Positions 17,948 through 33,291 of a DNA stretch of 64,000 nt are shown here, piece after piece. The position numbers and the translations under genes are program-made. This DNA is from Ramazzottius varieornatus (taxonomy: Eukaryota > Animalia > Tardigrada), in assembly GCA_001949185.1 (NCBI GenBank), contig BDGG01000015.1, positions 625,036 through 689,035 of the forward strand, read 5' to 3'. Positions within the stretch are counted from its first letter, which is position 1; each line of letters begins with the position of its first letter. The notes beneath the pieces are model-generated. The model ran no database searches and was not told where the DNA came from. It worked only from the letters and a program-made list of their open reading frames with translations.

Positions 17948-18410
17948 TCAATTCAAATGCTGTTCAGGTCTTGGGCCATTTCGTTGGTCGGTACCTTCAG
18001 TCCTTGCAGATCCGAGAAGCTTGTAGCACACAAGTCGTTTGAGAAATATACAGGCGTACACCCCCAAGAGAACGACTTCCAGCGCAGAGAGCAGGACGAT
18101 GTACGTCATGCCGATGGCCACCTCGATGATGGACAGCATCCCAATCATCGACAAGCGAATGGCTTTCATCCATAAGGGTTCCGTCAGGAGGTAGCTGGAC
18201 GATCGGTTGAACAGTTTCGATCTCGAGGTTTTCTCTGTTACATCGGGAAGATTTTCTGTCGCAGGCGGTTCCATATGGGGTGGTGACGCATTTCTGGTCT
18301 CCGTCTGAGCTGATCCTTCTTCGTCCGTCGCAGTCCCAGACATCGAACCTTCCATCCCGGTCAGTTCGACCCGGCAGTTCCTTACCGATGCAGACCTTTG
18401 GCCTAGAAAA
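17948..18410 (-). CDS. Possible small membrane protein, head-to-head with YY1-like gene A
   Basis: ORF with an acidic N-terminus (MEGSMSGTATDEE) followed by ~45 hydrophobic residues (IRLSMIGMLSIIEVAIGMTYIVLLSALEVVLLGVYACIFL). No recognised family. Confidence 0.4.
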
Positions 18411-18844
18411 GAAACCTGCGAACACAGAAGGAAGAACCATGCAAAACTCGAAGTCAAAGATTGCAAAGATCAAAGCAGTTTAGCAGTTCCCACTTCTCAG
18501 CAGAATGATTTTGTGCAAAAAGGAAAACAAAATCAATAAATGGATTCAATCAGCCCATACATATGCCAGTTTTGCACCGTGCTACTTCCCAACCGCGTCT
18601 CCAATGCCGCAACAAGCTGTTCTCCATCGGCAACTGGCAAGCCGTTAGCCCCAATTTACTTGCTCATTCGGTAGAAGCAGAAATTCCTTTCTCTCTTCCT
18701 GAATTCAAAAAATCTCCCTCGCAGTTGCAGCACCGCTTGGGCTTCTAATCAGTAACCATAAGCCCTCGGTTTGGACTTTTTGGTGTGTTCTAGGTACAAC
18801 GGTTGACGAAGCTGGGACTGAGGCTTCCTGCTGTACAAGTAATC

Positions 18845-20501
<1,657 letters not shown>

Positions 20502-20834
20502 CATGTTCGCAGGTCGTTGTGATTTTGTTACATGGTTCACACTGGGCCTTTCATAGTGGTTGTTGACGTCAGACCGCGATGACATCACCTACACTTTCTG
20601 TATTCCTAGAAAGCTTTTTGTTTTTATATTATGAATGGATTATATGCACATGGCCATGACTTCCTTCTTGTTTGAAAACTCCATTTGATCTTTATATCGG
20701 TACTTCTGAATTTTGGGAACGTCTATCAACCATATATTTCCTCTCAGATAAGTAATCATGTGAAATTGAAATGTTCTCCGAAACATCACTGTGACGAAAA
20801 CCAACTACAGCAACAGAGTCCATTATATTCAGAA

Positions 20835-21070
20835 CAGTGTTATTTTAATCATTATAATAGGAAATCGATTTTAATAATTAAAATCGTCTTAATTGTGCGG
20901 GTTGGTGTTCGCTTGATTGATTGATCCATCCATAATAGGAAATCGAATTTCAATTTTAATAATTGAAATTCGTCAGCGATAATTGATTTCACCTGCAGTC
21001 AGCTGATCACGTAGACTTGAAATTAGCACGTGACTTTTAATAATTTTAATTGCATAGTAAAATAACACTG
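20835..21070. mobile_element. hAT-type MITE
   Basis: TIR CAGTGTTATTTTA / TAAAATAACACTG; perfect 8-bp TSD ATTCAGAA (20827-20834, 21071-21078). Confidence 0.85.
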
Positions 21071-21093
21071 ATTCAGAATATATGGACTCTGAC

Positions 21094-22566
21094 TAGTGCT
21101 GGGATAAATATGATATATCGTATCTTTCCGAAATATAACACATCACAGTGATTCGATGCGACAAAAAAATCAGATCGAAATATCGATATGGACGGAATAT
21201 CGCTGAGCGGAATATGATAGATGAAAATATCATATCGCGGTATATCGATATATTTCTGATATATCGAGAAATATATCGATAAATCGCAAACCCGCAGTTA
21301 AGAATCGGAACTTCGGAAGTCAATACTCCGGTTCGGTACCGCGCAGGCAGCGCAGCCTTGCCCGTAATGTATCGCGCACATGCATCCAAGCTGACTTCGG
21401 AGAAGTGAACAGTCAGCGTACCTGGGTGCGTAACGACAGACCTGGATAGATTGAGCAGCGAACACACTCGCGTACACGAAGACATCTGACGCTTGTTCTG
21501 ACTCGAACGTAGTAAACGACAGCCGTTTGGTTTTGTTGCCGCCGACACAGTATGAGGCTATTACGTAATGATCGCAGAGCTCACTAATAGACCTTGCATG
21601 TGACTTGATACCCCATGTTAGAGCACGGAATCTGGCCGAATGCGCTGCACTGCACTGCAGCTGTGCTGTGCTGCAGCACAGCAGCAGCGCGCGAACTGAC
21701 GAAATTTGTGCGGCACAGCACAGCATACAGCAGAAAGCCATAGACTACCGCGCAGATGCACCTACCGAAACCTGACAAAAATTACAGTTTTTGGGCATTC
21801 GAACGTCAGCCGTCTCACCTTTTCCGTACTTCAGGGCAACGTTCTCCAGGTTGACTACCGATTTCACTAATTGAATCACAAACCACGTCAATACATTGGC
21901 GTTCCGCGCAGTTGCACCAGGTCAATGAGCATCTGCAGCACAGCTGCTCAGCCACTGGGCATGAAAGTTGTGCAGCACAGCGAAGCGTACAGCGCCCTGG
22001 TAATGTGCGCAGCACAGTTGCAGCGTACTTTTGGACCTGCGGCCCAGTGCTCTACCCCATGTTATCCCATGTCAAACCACTTCAGGTGGTCTAACGTGGG
22101 ATTTTGGGCACGAGCGGTCGTTGCGAAGCTGATTGTGTTCGTAAGTCTGTGTTTGAACCCCTCTGCTGAACTTTGCCCAGTGAAGGGCAAAGTACAACAT
22201 TAATGGAGATAAGCTTGTGAGTGGAATGTGATTGAGGAGAAGCGAAAGTAGGTCACAAAAGAAGGAGATAAGGCTATATCATTGTATTCTGAGCCACAGG
22301 GAGTAATTCAATAATTGAGAACTTGGGATACGCGCTGCCATCATCCCAGTTCCCGTTTTCTTCCCTTTTAGCCTCCCTCGGCGGCAACAATACTGGCTTG
22401 ATATATCGATATATCACTACAATGAAATTCGATATATCAACCATAAAATATCAGAAACGTATCATATCGAAATATCGATACGTGGTTGATATCTAAAACG
22501 AAATAGAAATAGTGAAAGATATTTTATCAGAAAATATCATATTTTATCGTATTTATTCCAGCACCA
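21094..22566. mobile_element. Non-autonomous hAT element with (G)ATATCG subterminal repeats
   Basis: Imperfect TIR TAGTGCTGGGATAAATA / TATTTATTCCAGCACCA; TSD ACTCTGAC vs AGTCTGAC (7/8); dense ATATCG/CGATAT repeats at both ends. Confidence 0.8.
21619..22054. mobile_element. hAT-type MITE nested in the 21094-22566 element
   Basis: TIR TAGAGCAC / GTGCTCTA; perfect TSD CCCCATGT (21611-21618, 22055-22062); GCACAGC/GCTGTGC subterminal repeats. Confidence 0.85.
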
Positions 22567-24241
22567 AGTCTGACAGTAGCGATCACATGGCAAATACTTC
22601 GTAGATGAAATTCCAGACGAAACACCAGCGCGAATTTGTTTTGACTGTGGAGTATTTCAAAAGACCGCGTTCATAATGACAATTTTTTTTTGGCTAGCTC
22701 GCTCGCTACGCCAGGACTTCTTTCGATCAGTTCGGCGTAAATGTATGTTAACGATCGAAACTCGAAAGCGTCTCCATGTTAAGTTTGGCCAACCGCGTGA
22801 TGGCAGTTTTTGGGACGGACTCGGCGCCAAACGTATGGTCATTGGCTGGCGTATTATGCTCAGTGCGCAATATCAAAATCTCACGCATCTGCAGACGCAC
22901 GCTTCGCCGTTAACCGAAACCAATGTATGTGGGTGCGTGACAGTGAATCTACACACAGAGCAGAGAGATTAGAGGAGGTAGAGGAACCGCTGTATATACC
23001 GTAGAGGCGCAAAACATGGAAGCGGTAGAGGCACTTACCACTACGGCGAACAACACCATTGGTCCGATACACACAGAGGCCACGCCTCGGCAGAGTCGGT
23101 CGCATTACGGTTGCTCGACTGTTAAATTGCTAAGATTCCTGGATTATGCAGCGTCGAAGCACGATGATATGGAACCGTGCAAACTCAATAGCACACTGCA
23201 AGGCTAACGTCCACCAGTAATCCGAGCGTACACAGGTGGCGAGGAGAAAGCAGCAGGTGGAAGGAAGCTAAGAAGCTTCGTCGGCACGGGATGTCAAGCT
23301 GCTTACGCAACAACCTGGTGAATTCATTCAGAAGTTCTTTATGTGTCACGTGCCTTGCTCACCCGTGAGCCACGTTCTTTTTCCCACGTGGTTCGATACT
23401 TACGTACGGCAGCAGCTCCACAGTGAGCCGTATTTAAGTGCTTGCCCGACCTACGCCACAAACGCAGGCGCTTCATGTACCTGCATACATAGTTAATGGG
23501 TAACGACTCGATCGGTCAGGTAAGGCCGAACTGTCGGTTTGTCCAAGCAGCTAAAAGTCATCCTAGGTCATCCATTTGACCTCGACCTTTAATGGTCGCT
23601 AGTCCGGTAATGACTTTATCATTGGAAGACTGGCGTAACGTACGTACGCGTTCCTCTACCCCCTCTAGTCTCTCTGCACAGGGTGTCGTAAGCAGGCAAC
23701 CATGTGTTCTTCAAAGTTCGCTTTTGGCGATCGGCTTACTCCTAAATTGGCCTGTTTGCTGGTGGTTTACCGTGTAGCCTGATTATCGTGATAAGACTAT
23801 TGTTCCATGATGAAGAAGATGCCTGCGGCTGGGCGAGTGACTTTCTGTACTATCGCACTACACTCAGACATACGCATATCGTGCAGCCATACAGGTCCGG
23901 CCGGTAGATCGACTCAGCATACATTGCGTAAACCGGTGTACCGACGCCACAGGTCTGTCGCTGTGTATCGCGAGAGTAGAACACTAACGGTGCCAGTGAG
24001 TTGCTGGAGCTCCGCTGATGGTTGTTACAAGTTCGTGGAACCGAGCGCACNGAGGTTCCGNGTACTTGCAACAACCATCAGCGCAGCTCCTGCGACGAAC
24101 AGCCTGCTTTAACACTTAAAAGACCAAGGGGGTACCCCGGTTGCCTGGCGCACCCCAAAAGCCTTGCGGAATGGCTACTGTTAAACCTCTTCGGCTCAAG
24201 TTTTCACGTTTGCTTTCGGAAACTTTGTCGCTTCCAGTTAA

Positions 24242-24755
24242 CACTCTGCGTACGACCGTCCTCTTTGTGTATACAATCACTCAGTTTTATTCACCTCCCA
24301 GTTTTAGCTTTTGGTCTTTCGGGTCTGGCTCTTTTTGTTTGCATGTACCTCGGTCTTCTCACCAAAGCAACACTAATGACCAGCGGTCAGCAAAACCCCA
24401 GCACGCTGGAAATTTCTTTTACGGTTTTGGGGAAATTTGGTGTTTCGTCTCTTCGCGCGAGACACGTCCACGGTATTCGCTTAGAAAAAAACTGGAGCAC
24501 TGGGGACAGTCTTATCTGTCGAAGCCGAGCCTGGGATAAATTTTGTAGTCATCAGTGCGCTCAGAAGAAAATCGAGACGACCAGTTCTCCCTTTTGAGAT
24601 TTGGCGTTCATGGCCAAGTATCCGAATTTTGAAATTATGAAAATTGCCTATTGGTTGGACCAGCCTCCGCAACACGGTACCAGCCAATAAAATTCCTGTA
24701 TACACAAAGAGGACGGTAGTATTCTGCCAACAGGAAAACAATCGTGCTGAAAGTG
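24242..24755. mobile_element. piggyBac-type MITE, copy 1 (second copy inverted at 53660-54183)
   Basis: Starts TTAA|CACTCTGCGTACGA, ends TCGTGCTGAAAGTG|TTGA; subterminal inverted repeat ACCGTCCTCTTTGTGTATACA; near-identical to the reverse complement of 53660-54183. Confidence 0.8.
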
Positions 24756-25047
24756 TTGAAAAAGACGTGAAATGGCTAGCAGCTTTCTGAAAATTTCGAG
24801 AGACCATCTCGTTTTTGACCAGATCGTGTCTTCAGTTGACAGACCAAAATTTCTACTCAAGAGCTGGCAGACGGAAAGCCTCCTTGAAAATTGGACACAA
24901 AGCTAATAAAGCTTCAGTATGCTCCGTACTGTGTGACAAGGGGTCAGAGCAAATTCAAAAATGTCTACCTCTTTGGTTCACTCGGTGGCGCATTTTATCC
25001 GAAAAATGCGAAGCGTACATGTGGTGATTGGCCCTCTGACCCCACCC

Positions 25048-25556
25048 CAGAGCATAAAAATGGTTCGCAAAGCGGAACCGAACCGGAACGGGTGGGAGTT
25101 TTGGCCCGCTTCCGTTTTCCAAGAGGCTGATTTTTTCCGCTTCTTGCCGTTCGGCTTTCGGCCTACAAGTGCTCCGTCTGTTCCGCTCAAAAATGGCTGA
25201 CGTTGTACTCTGGATAAAATACAACTTTATTAACCATAAGAGCAAAATGACTAGCTTAGCCTCAAAAATCGAGCCAGAGTATCAAGACACTGCGATCTGA
25301 CGATAAAAATGGCCACTATTGATGTGAGCTGTGCTAGTACAAAAGACTTTTCGCAGGGTTTTTGCCGTTCAGTTTGCACCGTCAGTTTTTTCCGCTCGGT
25401 TCCGCTCGGCTCCGCTCGGTTCCGCTCGGTTCCGCTCGGTTCCGCTCGGTTCCGCTCGTGCTCATACGAGAATTTTGCCGCTCGCTTTCGCTTGGTTTTG
25501 AAACTTTTGGAAACAGTCCGTTTGGTTTCCAAAATTACGAACGGTTTTATGCTCTG
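25048..25556. mobile_element. hAT-type MITE with an internal (TTCCGCTCGG)n tandem array
   Basis: TIR CAGAGCATAAAA / TTTTATGCTCTG; perfect TSD CCCCACCC; 10-bp tandem repeat at ~25390-25458. Confidence 0.85.
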
Positions 25557-26289
25557 CCCCACCCCATGATTTCAGCCAGTTGAAAAATGGGGAAGATGAT
25601 TTACCCCCCTTGTACTTTCAAAGCTCGGAATTGCGTGGTCTTTTAAGTGTTAAGAATCAGTAACCGAACGACCAAAGAAAGCGGTCAAGCTCCTGTTCTC
25701 AGGCAGGAACTGTGTCGGCTCCGGTGGCGCTCTAACCCAAGCGGTTCCAGAGCACGGAGACGGCGAAGCCGCCGAAGTGCGATGCGGCAGGGGGTACAGG
25801 GGCGCATCCCCCTGTTTTGCACAGATTGGAATAATGTGAGGTTCGGGCCTGTTGCTCACGTGGTTGGTGGTTGTTGGGCTGGTTTTTGTGGTATGGGCTG
25901 TGGTGACGTCTGGGTAGCAATCTTCCTCCACGTAGTTGGGTTGAGGTCAACTCGGTTGAGAGTTGCGGCGCCAAATCTGGTTTTTCGCCCCGAACTTCTG
26001 CGCGAAATTTTCAAAAATTGCATAAAACTTGGCGATTCCACAGTTTGTGCTGCTCTGCAAAGAAGGTTGTGGCAGTGAATGATCCTGACTGTTTTAGGGG
26101 TCAGATGGTATCAATTTAACAAGAGTGATATCTGATGGATCTAAATAAAATCTCACGTACTTTTAACGCTGCAGCCCATCTTGAACGCACGCAGTACATT
26201 AGAGATCGGGCAAAAGCGGCGCGCAGTTCCGAACCGGTGGGTTCTTTTGAGTCACCTTCACAACAAGGCAGAGTTTCAGGAGGTTCCAG

Positions 26290-26923
26290 TATGGGGCGTC
26301 GTTTGCGTCAGAACTATTTTGTCAAGAATTGGCGCAGAGTTTTCTAAACCACCTGGCATGCTTTGCCGGAGTTTCAGTTTGCACGGTTTTTCATTTCACA
26401 CTGTGTGGAATTCTCATGTAGGGGAAAACTACAGCGTGAAAAAGCGTGCTTTTTTGGAACCTGTTCGTCCTTCCCCCTCTGAGTCATACGCGCAGGCATG
26501 TAGGAACAAGGCTCCTTACGTCACCGTACAGCGCATACCACCACTTCGATATGACGTCAGAGACTGCGTTCCTGTCTTCGAGCGCGTATGACTCAGAGGG
26601 GGAGGGGCGACCAGGTTCAGGAAAGATCCGCTTTTTCACGCTGTCGTTTTCCCCTGCATGAATTCCCGCCAGAGTTCGAGAATTCTAAACAAAGTGTGAA
26701 ATGAAAAATCGTGCGAACTGAAACTCTGGCAAAGCATGCTACTGTATACTCTCACGTACGTCACTCCATTCACAGTGTAAAACTAGACATTAAGACCCCA
26801 ATGATTTGGGAGTCAGTGACGTACGTGAATTTCGGGAGAGCATACAGTAGTTGATTTAGGAAACTCTGCGACAATTCTTGCTAAAAAACGCGTCAAAAGT
26901 TTTGACGCAAACGGCGCCCCATA
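26290..26923. mobile_element. Long foldback (palindromic) MITE with a small TA-flanked MITE inserted at 26742-26847
   Basis: Arms TATGGGGCGTCGTTTGCGTCA... / ...TGACGCAAACGGCGCCCCATA pair imperfectly over ~230 bp around a centre near 26535; insert reads TA|CTGTATACTCTC...GAGAGCATACAG|TA. Confidence 0.8.
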
Positions 26924-29900
26924 TTCCACACCGCTTGCAAACATGGTTTGCGGTCTACTTCAGGATGAATTGGCTCTGCCAGGTCATGTTTCTGCGGGTT
27001 ACGGGCACCCTGGAGGAGGCTTTTCCAGGGGTGTACCCCTTGCTATTTTTTATACGACTTTTGGAGATGTCCGTTCTGAAAGGAGCTTGGGGAGATGCTG
27101 GAGGGAAGGCATTTGAGGGTTGGGAACTCGAGTGAGCGGTGGACACTGGTCGTCCACGCATGACAGAATCATCAGCGAGGTTTTCGGCATTTTGATGAAG
27201 GGCGGAGGGAGCACTCGGCTAGTGAGGAGGGCGAAAGAGTCATTTGACCAGCGAGCTGAAGAGGCATTTGGCCAGTGTACGGAAAGAGGCATTGGGTCGG
27301 GGCATGGAAGAGATGTCATGTCGCGCGGCACGGAAAACAAACTCTGAAACTCAAAACTAAATCGCAAAATGATGCGTCGCACCATTCACAAGAACCACTT
27401 TCGAAGTCGAAAACTGAAAGCGAACAATATCGAGTAAAACGGAAAATGGAGCATCGAAAAACTGACTAAGGAGTCGGTCGCAGACCAGCACAGTCACACA
27501 TGCAACACAGCACAACACAGAGGTCATTCTGGCTCACATCTCACGCAGAATGTGTTCGTGATTCCCTTTCTTTGTTTTTCCGGATTGACTCACTTTGTTC
27601 ACCGCTCCTTTTTTCAAGTTTTTCTCTCCAGGATATAATATCGATGCAGTATTTTTTATCGATCAACAAACTGTATTTTCTTGTGGTTTTCCCGGTTTCT
27701 ATTGTTTTCTTTTCTTTTATCCGTTATTCTGATCAACCATTTAATATTTTCGGTTTTGCGTAGCACTTTGTTTTGTCATGTTTTATTCGTGCTTTTCCAG
27801 ATTTTCTGTCGGGGATAGCTTTTGCTGTGATAAACTAGCTAGTGGTTCTGACCACTGGGATGGCCGAGCAGAAGCAAAGAAGCACAGGTTTTGCGAGTAA
27901 AAACTTTCGTTACTCGGATTAAGTTGCGCACTTGTTTTCAGTACAGAGGTTGCGATATCTGGAAGCTGGAACAATATGATCGTCCATTGAAATCTCGACA
28001 GACTTAAAAGGGCCTCGCTTCGCTCGGCCTGAATATTTTGACGACCTGAAGGCATGTGGTTAATGGATACTTAGCTAATTGATGCGATGAATATCTTTCG
28101 TGTATCACGGCGCTTGTTGACGGGGATCTGTGATGGTCGAACGATCGGTCGTCTCGGCCGCTTCTATTGTTGCATCTTCATTTATAACGCTACCCATCCG
28201 CCGTCTTTCGGCTTTGGTCACGCAGCGTCCAGCAGCCGTGCAATCCACCTTGTTTTTAAAATAATTAAAAGTAAATCAACGATCAGACAAATTAAGGGCA
28301 TCTGGGACGACGAACACCATTGACAGGAAAACAATTTCATCCGCGCGAGTTGTGGCAAAGTTTGGTATCTAGTGTGATAACAGGATGGACAAAACACTTG
28401 ATGATGACGGCCAGGAGAGTTTGAACCCGCACCGTTGCTCATATTTTGGCAAAATATGAAAATATGAAAGTCGCCGATTCCAGCTGACATTTGAACTATC
28501 CATCAGAAATACATTGAATTTTTGCAATCGACAGATCGGACCAATCCCAGATACATGCATAAATAGCGATAGCGCTGTCATCGAGAGAAACTTCTGGCAC
28601 TGGGTCTTGAAATCGAGTTTGCGATCTCACTGCAATCGTGCAAATGTTGGTTTAAAATTCCAACGGTACAGGAAGCATCAGCCTATCTTTTGACACCAGT
28701 ATTTCTGTTACAAAAACGAGCGTTTATTTCCCAAAATCCTTCGTCCACAGATGCCCTTGAGCTCGTGGATGCTATACTGTAGTGCTACCAAATTATCGCG
28801 CACTCAACCACGTGCACAGTAAATGATGCCCGGGTGAGAGCCAGCGGGGATAACTGATAACATCTGATCGCACTGTGCAGCGATGACTCATCACGTGGTT
28901 GAGTGCGCGATAATCTGGTAACACTACAGTAACTTTTTTTTGCAGTTTGAGAACTCAGTTTAACCGTGGATTGGTCTTGTGTGAAATGATTTAGTACGTC
29001 ATTAATGGTTCTACCGTTTGTCATCTGCAGAAGGCCATCCAGCTCGCCTAATATGTTGAACATATTTCATGGATCTCTCTATCCAGCGTGAAATTTATAA
29101 GCTTTAAACTTTGGTCAGGTGCTGTGCTCGCACTTGTAAATGAGCGACTTGCATACTCCTCACAATTTTATTCCACTTGTTATTTTGAAATTCGTAAATC
29201 TATCCCTAAACATTAACATATGATGTTGACCAGTAGCAAGGTGTGTACGGTTTTAACGTTTTGCCATCGTGGTTCATTAAAAAAATTCCTAAAAACAGGT
29301 TCATTTCCACAAGGAGTAAATTTCGACTCGAAGTTAACTTTCACCGACACACATTTTGATATTACAGCGTTATTGGGGTAGACAGTTGCGGTACAGCAGT
29401 CAGGGAATCAGAGCTGTTGGGTGGCCAACACTGGACTAAACCGTGACAGTAATTGCGCTCGGTCAATCAGTGCACTGTCCGATATACCGTACAGTCTAAC
29501 TGGCTGATGTTTTTCAGTAATTGATTCTCTCGTAGTATGGCTTCCGCCTCATAAAATTCAAAATAGGATGCCAAGTATGCTACCCAGGAATCAACGATTG
29601 TTAAAAACGGACCGCTGAACTCGTTGCCTTTGTAGTTAACTTTAGTTTTGAAATTTTCAACCAAGCTTGCTTTTTCGTATTTTCGGTTGTCTTGTCTAAG
29701 TTCAACTTGAACAAAAGAATTATGGTCGTTAAGCAGAGCGAAACCAGACACATTGCCACACATTGTGCCCCATTCGGATAAGAAGATATCAATCTGAAAT
29801 TCCGGATCATGTAGTCTGAGTTGCTGACGCCTTTGCGTGGTTTTTTTAGCTGTTCCATAATGAGCTACGAGGATCATTGATTGTGGCAAAATCAGTTGAA

Positions 29901-32900
29901 TCCCATATAAAAGTTGTGTGTTTTGTCGCAAAGAGCTCAGCACGATTTGGGGTTAATTTTCCGCTTAAGGATATACAAGAGTATCGACTACAGTCACACA
30001 ACTTATGCTTTCTTGCATCCTGAAAGTGCTTTGGACAGAAGCATCTTGGCACACAGCCCCACTCATTTGGCTTATCGGTGTACATTCCTCGAAATTGTGC
30101 CTTATTCTTGCAGAGATGGAGCATTCCGTCGTATGTTTTCGTTTCCGCGTCACAAGTACTGGTCGTTAATCTTCTGGCCATGTCAAGCAGCGTATCTCCC
30201 CTGCTGTGTCGGTCGCGCGGAGTCGTGCGAGCGCATCCCTGCTTGGCTGTTTTTGCTTCGTCCTGGATAGCGTCCTCCAGGAGGAAAGGCATCTGCACGA
30301 TGGCAGCCGCTACGCAAGCGACATGGACGACTGGCTTGCGCGCTCCACACGTACTTTCAGGCAGACAGTGAAGAACTGGGAACACGTTGTTTGCTGAAAG
30401 TTCTTGATTAGTCTTCCTGATGTCTGTGTCTGTCAGTTCAAGGTGACTAAATAACTGCTTTAAGCCGCTAATGAGGTTGTTAGGATCAACGGCTTGGTCA
30501 GAAGGTGCTCCTCGTTTGACGACCATCTGGAAGTCGTTTCTAGGCACGAGAGCAATTTGAGCCGACGTCTGTGTGCATTCGCTGATTAGAGGAGGCTATC
30601 GCCGTTTCTGTCAATTTTGAAGGAAGACATACTCGAATGCGCGCAATGAGGACACACACTGCGGCATTCGTCGTGGTACATGTGCCCTTGCACACAACGA
30701 CTGAAACCACCAGTGTTTTCTGTGTGAGGGAAGGCGTTGCAAACACTCAACTTGTGGCGGGTAGCCATCTCAAAGTGTAGGACACTGTCGGGAAGGACAC
30801 TGTCGACTGTTTATATCAAAGGCCAACGCCTCATAACGGTTCCAAGCATCGAAATCTGGTAGCTAGGCCGGTGTCTAAGAAGGCGTAGCACTGTGCCTGA
30901 AGATGAATGGGCTTCATCAACTAGGACTTCGGGTCGCTTGCTGTAGCAGGTTTAATGTGGAAGCATTCTCCGTGATATTCCTTTGGCACTGTTTGAAAGC
31001 GATTCGCTACGAACCTCGGTTTCCTGATTCTATGTACAAGGTACCTCAACCACGTGTGTCGCCTGTCAGTACCACAGTTTGGGCGTGACCAATCAAGGAC
31101 GCTGCGACGGGTGCCTGACGCGGCACGTCCGGTAGCCCAAATTCGTCGACGATGATCTGATTCCCTTCCTCACTGGACGCGCTGTTCGAGCCCTGTAGCC
31201 ATTTAATTGCTCGTCTGTAGCGGCGGAGATTTCCATCTCCTTTGACGGATCTTCTATTTCTATAAATAAAACTGGTTTGTCAAACCGTATCGTTCAGGTT
31301 TTTTTGTTAATCCTCTTGCTCGGTGGTCCTGCATGTCATTATCTTCAAGTTGACTCCCTATGAGTGTTTTGTAAGCGTTGTAATTATTGTCGTCGTGTTC
31401 AAGTGCGACAGTCTCCTCGGCGCTGTGCTCATTAGCGCGTTCCTAGTTATTATTACTTTCTTCTTCCCGGTCTATAAACAACCTCTGAACCGAGCTTTCT
31501 ACATCTTTCGCTTCGACTTCCGGGTTCTTGTTTAACTCTGTTAACGATGTCAACGTAACACCTTCAGAAAGCTATCGTTCTTCCTGCAAGTTCAGTGTTA
31601 CTCGACAAGTTCTGGGCTCTGCTCCGACAGACAACGAGGCTCTCGCCCTGTGACCGCAGGTATTCCCCAGGAGGGACAAGCTCACTAGTCTAGGCTTCGC
31701 TGGACACTCCGACTCACGACCGATCCAGGCCAGAAGGTCTATCACTTCGAGGCCTGGCAACTAGCCCTAGCTAGCAACAGGAGGAATCAAGCCGGAAGTT
31801 GATCAGAATTCTACCCTATCCTCAACAAGCCTCTCAAAGATGCCACCAGGAAGCTCAGGGCGTAAAGGGAGTACGGAAACAGGATGCAACACGGGGAAGA
31901 TGTTACATGCGAACAATCAACACGAGTCAATCAAGAGCAAGACCGTTGGGTACAAGCAAAAGAGAGAACTGACTTTTGTAAGCCTTAGCACGATGCCTTG
32001 CAAGGCATCCACAGCTGGGAAGCTGGGAATGCCCAGAGGCTCTATTGCCACAAACTTACCTTACATGACATGACTTCACATGACCGAGAGTCGCCACAGG
32101 CACTCCGGTGACAGCCCATTCACTCTTGGCATCGGGCCCTCGATGCAGCCACGACCCCGAGCCGGAAAAAACTCAAGAAAATGCAGATCCGGCTGGAAAA
32201 ATGATCCAAGACAACTCGAATCACCTTCCTCGCTGAATAGGCACTTTCGTACAACAACTGGTCTTACTCATGGAGAAAACAACTGAATCGAAAGACCGCC
32301 ATCTTAATGCTACAACGATCGAAAGCTAAAGAAAGGAAAACCAGTAATCTAGAAGAATCGGCGCTCCGCTGATGGCTTGTCCGATACTGCACGTGGCTCT
32401 TCGACGTTTAAATTCCCGCTTGGCGTCCCAGACGAGCTCCCTCATGACCTAATGGTACTTGAACTCTTCCGACCCCTCCTTGAACTAAGGCTTGAACCTC
32501 TGGGGATCAGAGAAGGACAGCTTCTTCTTCGACTTTAGCTTGCCGTGTATCACCACTGCTTGCTCTCGAGACATCGGGGCATTCAGCTAGAGAATCGTCA
32601 TAACTTGAAGGTAAATTAGCTCACTGGAGAAAGCTTGCCAGAAGAAACTGTCCAAAGTTGTCCAGTTCTTCGGCAAGCTGACATCAACTCGTGACATACC
32701 CGAAGAGACCGTAAAGTCAAGACATTTCAAGTATTAATAGCTCTCAACTGTACATTTGGACGAACCTTTATGAGGATCTGCACTATAAAACCAGTTAGAA
32801 ACGAGCTGCCCCAAAAACAGGTTCGGATCTTCGAAATGAATGGGAGTAGAAATATCCGCGCTGTAACCCACCATTCGGTTATCGTACAGCTCCTGACAGT

Positions 32901-33291
32901 TCGTGAAGCCTCGTTCGCGGACATCCTTCCGAAGAAACTCCCAGGGGGCATAAGGCTTTCTCTCCCATCGCCAGAGCGCCTCTGTCATTACCTCGTAGGC
33001 CAGGAACCAGTAGTAGAAGCCCGCCGAGACATCCCGCTTTTTCTGCTGATGACTCAAGCTCTCCCATGGCGCGTCTTCACTAGCCACCCGATACCCAAAG
33101 CACTGCATGTCCGTTGATGACGGCAATCTCTGTAGGCGAAGATTTATACTACCACTGGAAACAGGGTTGAGTGCGCTTTTTGTCCATGTGAATGGCAGCC
33201 TGAGGACACGCCTATGGAAAAGCATCAAAAGTTTCCTAGCGGTTGCCCTTACCTGTCTTCAAAGATGGGGGGGAGATGTCCGTGAACGAGA

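Larger units (their letters stand above)
24113..25649. mobile_element. piggyBac-type non-autonomous element containing two nested MITEs
   Basis: TTAA on both sides (24109-24112, 25650-25653); TIR CACTTAAAAGACCA / TGGTCTTTTAAGTG. Confidence 0.85.

Noticed and set aside
24022-26661. Long ORFs in this interval (and 53587-54160) as genes
   Set aside because: They lie within MITEs, tandem repeats and palindromes and show no protein motifs.
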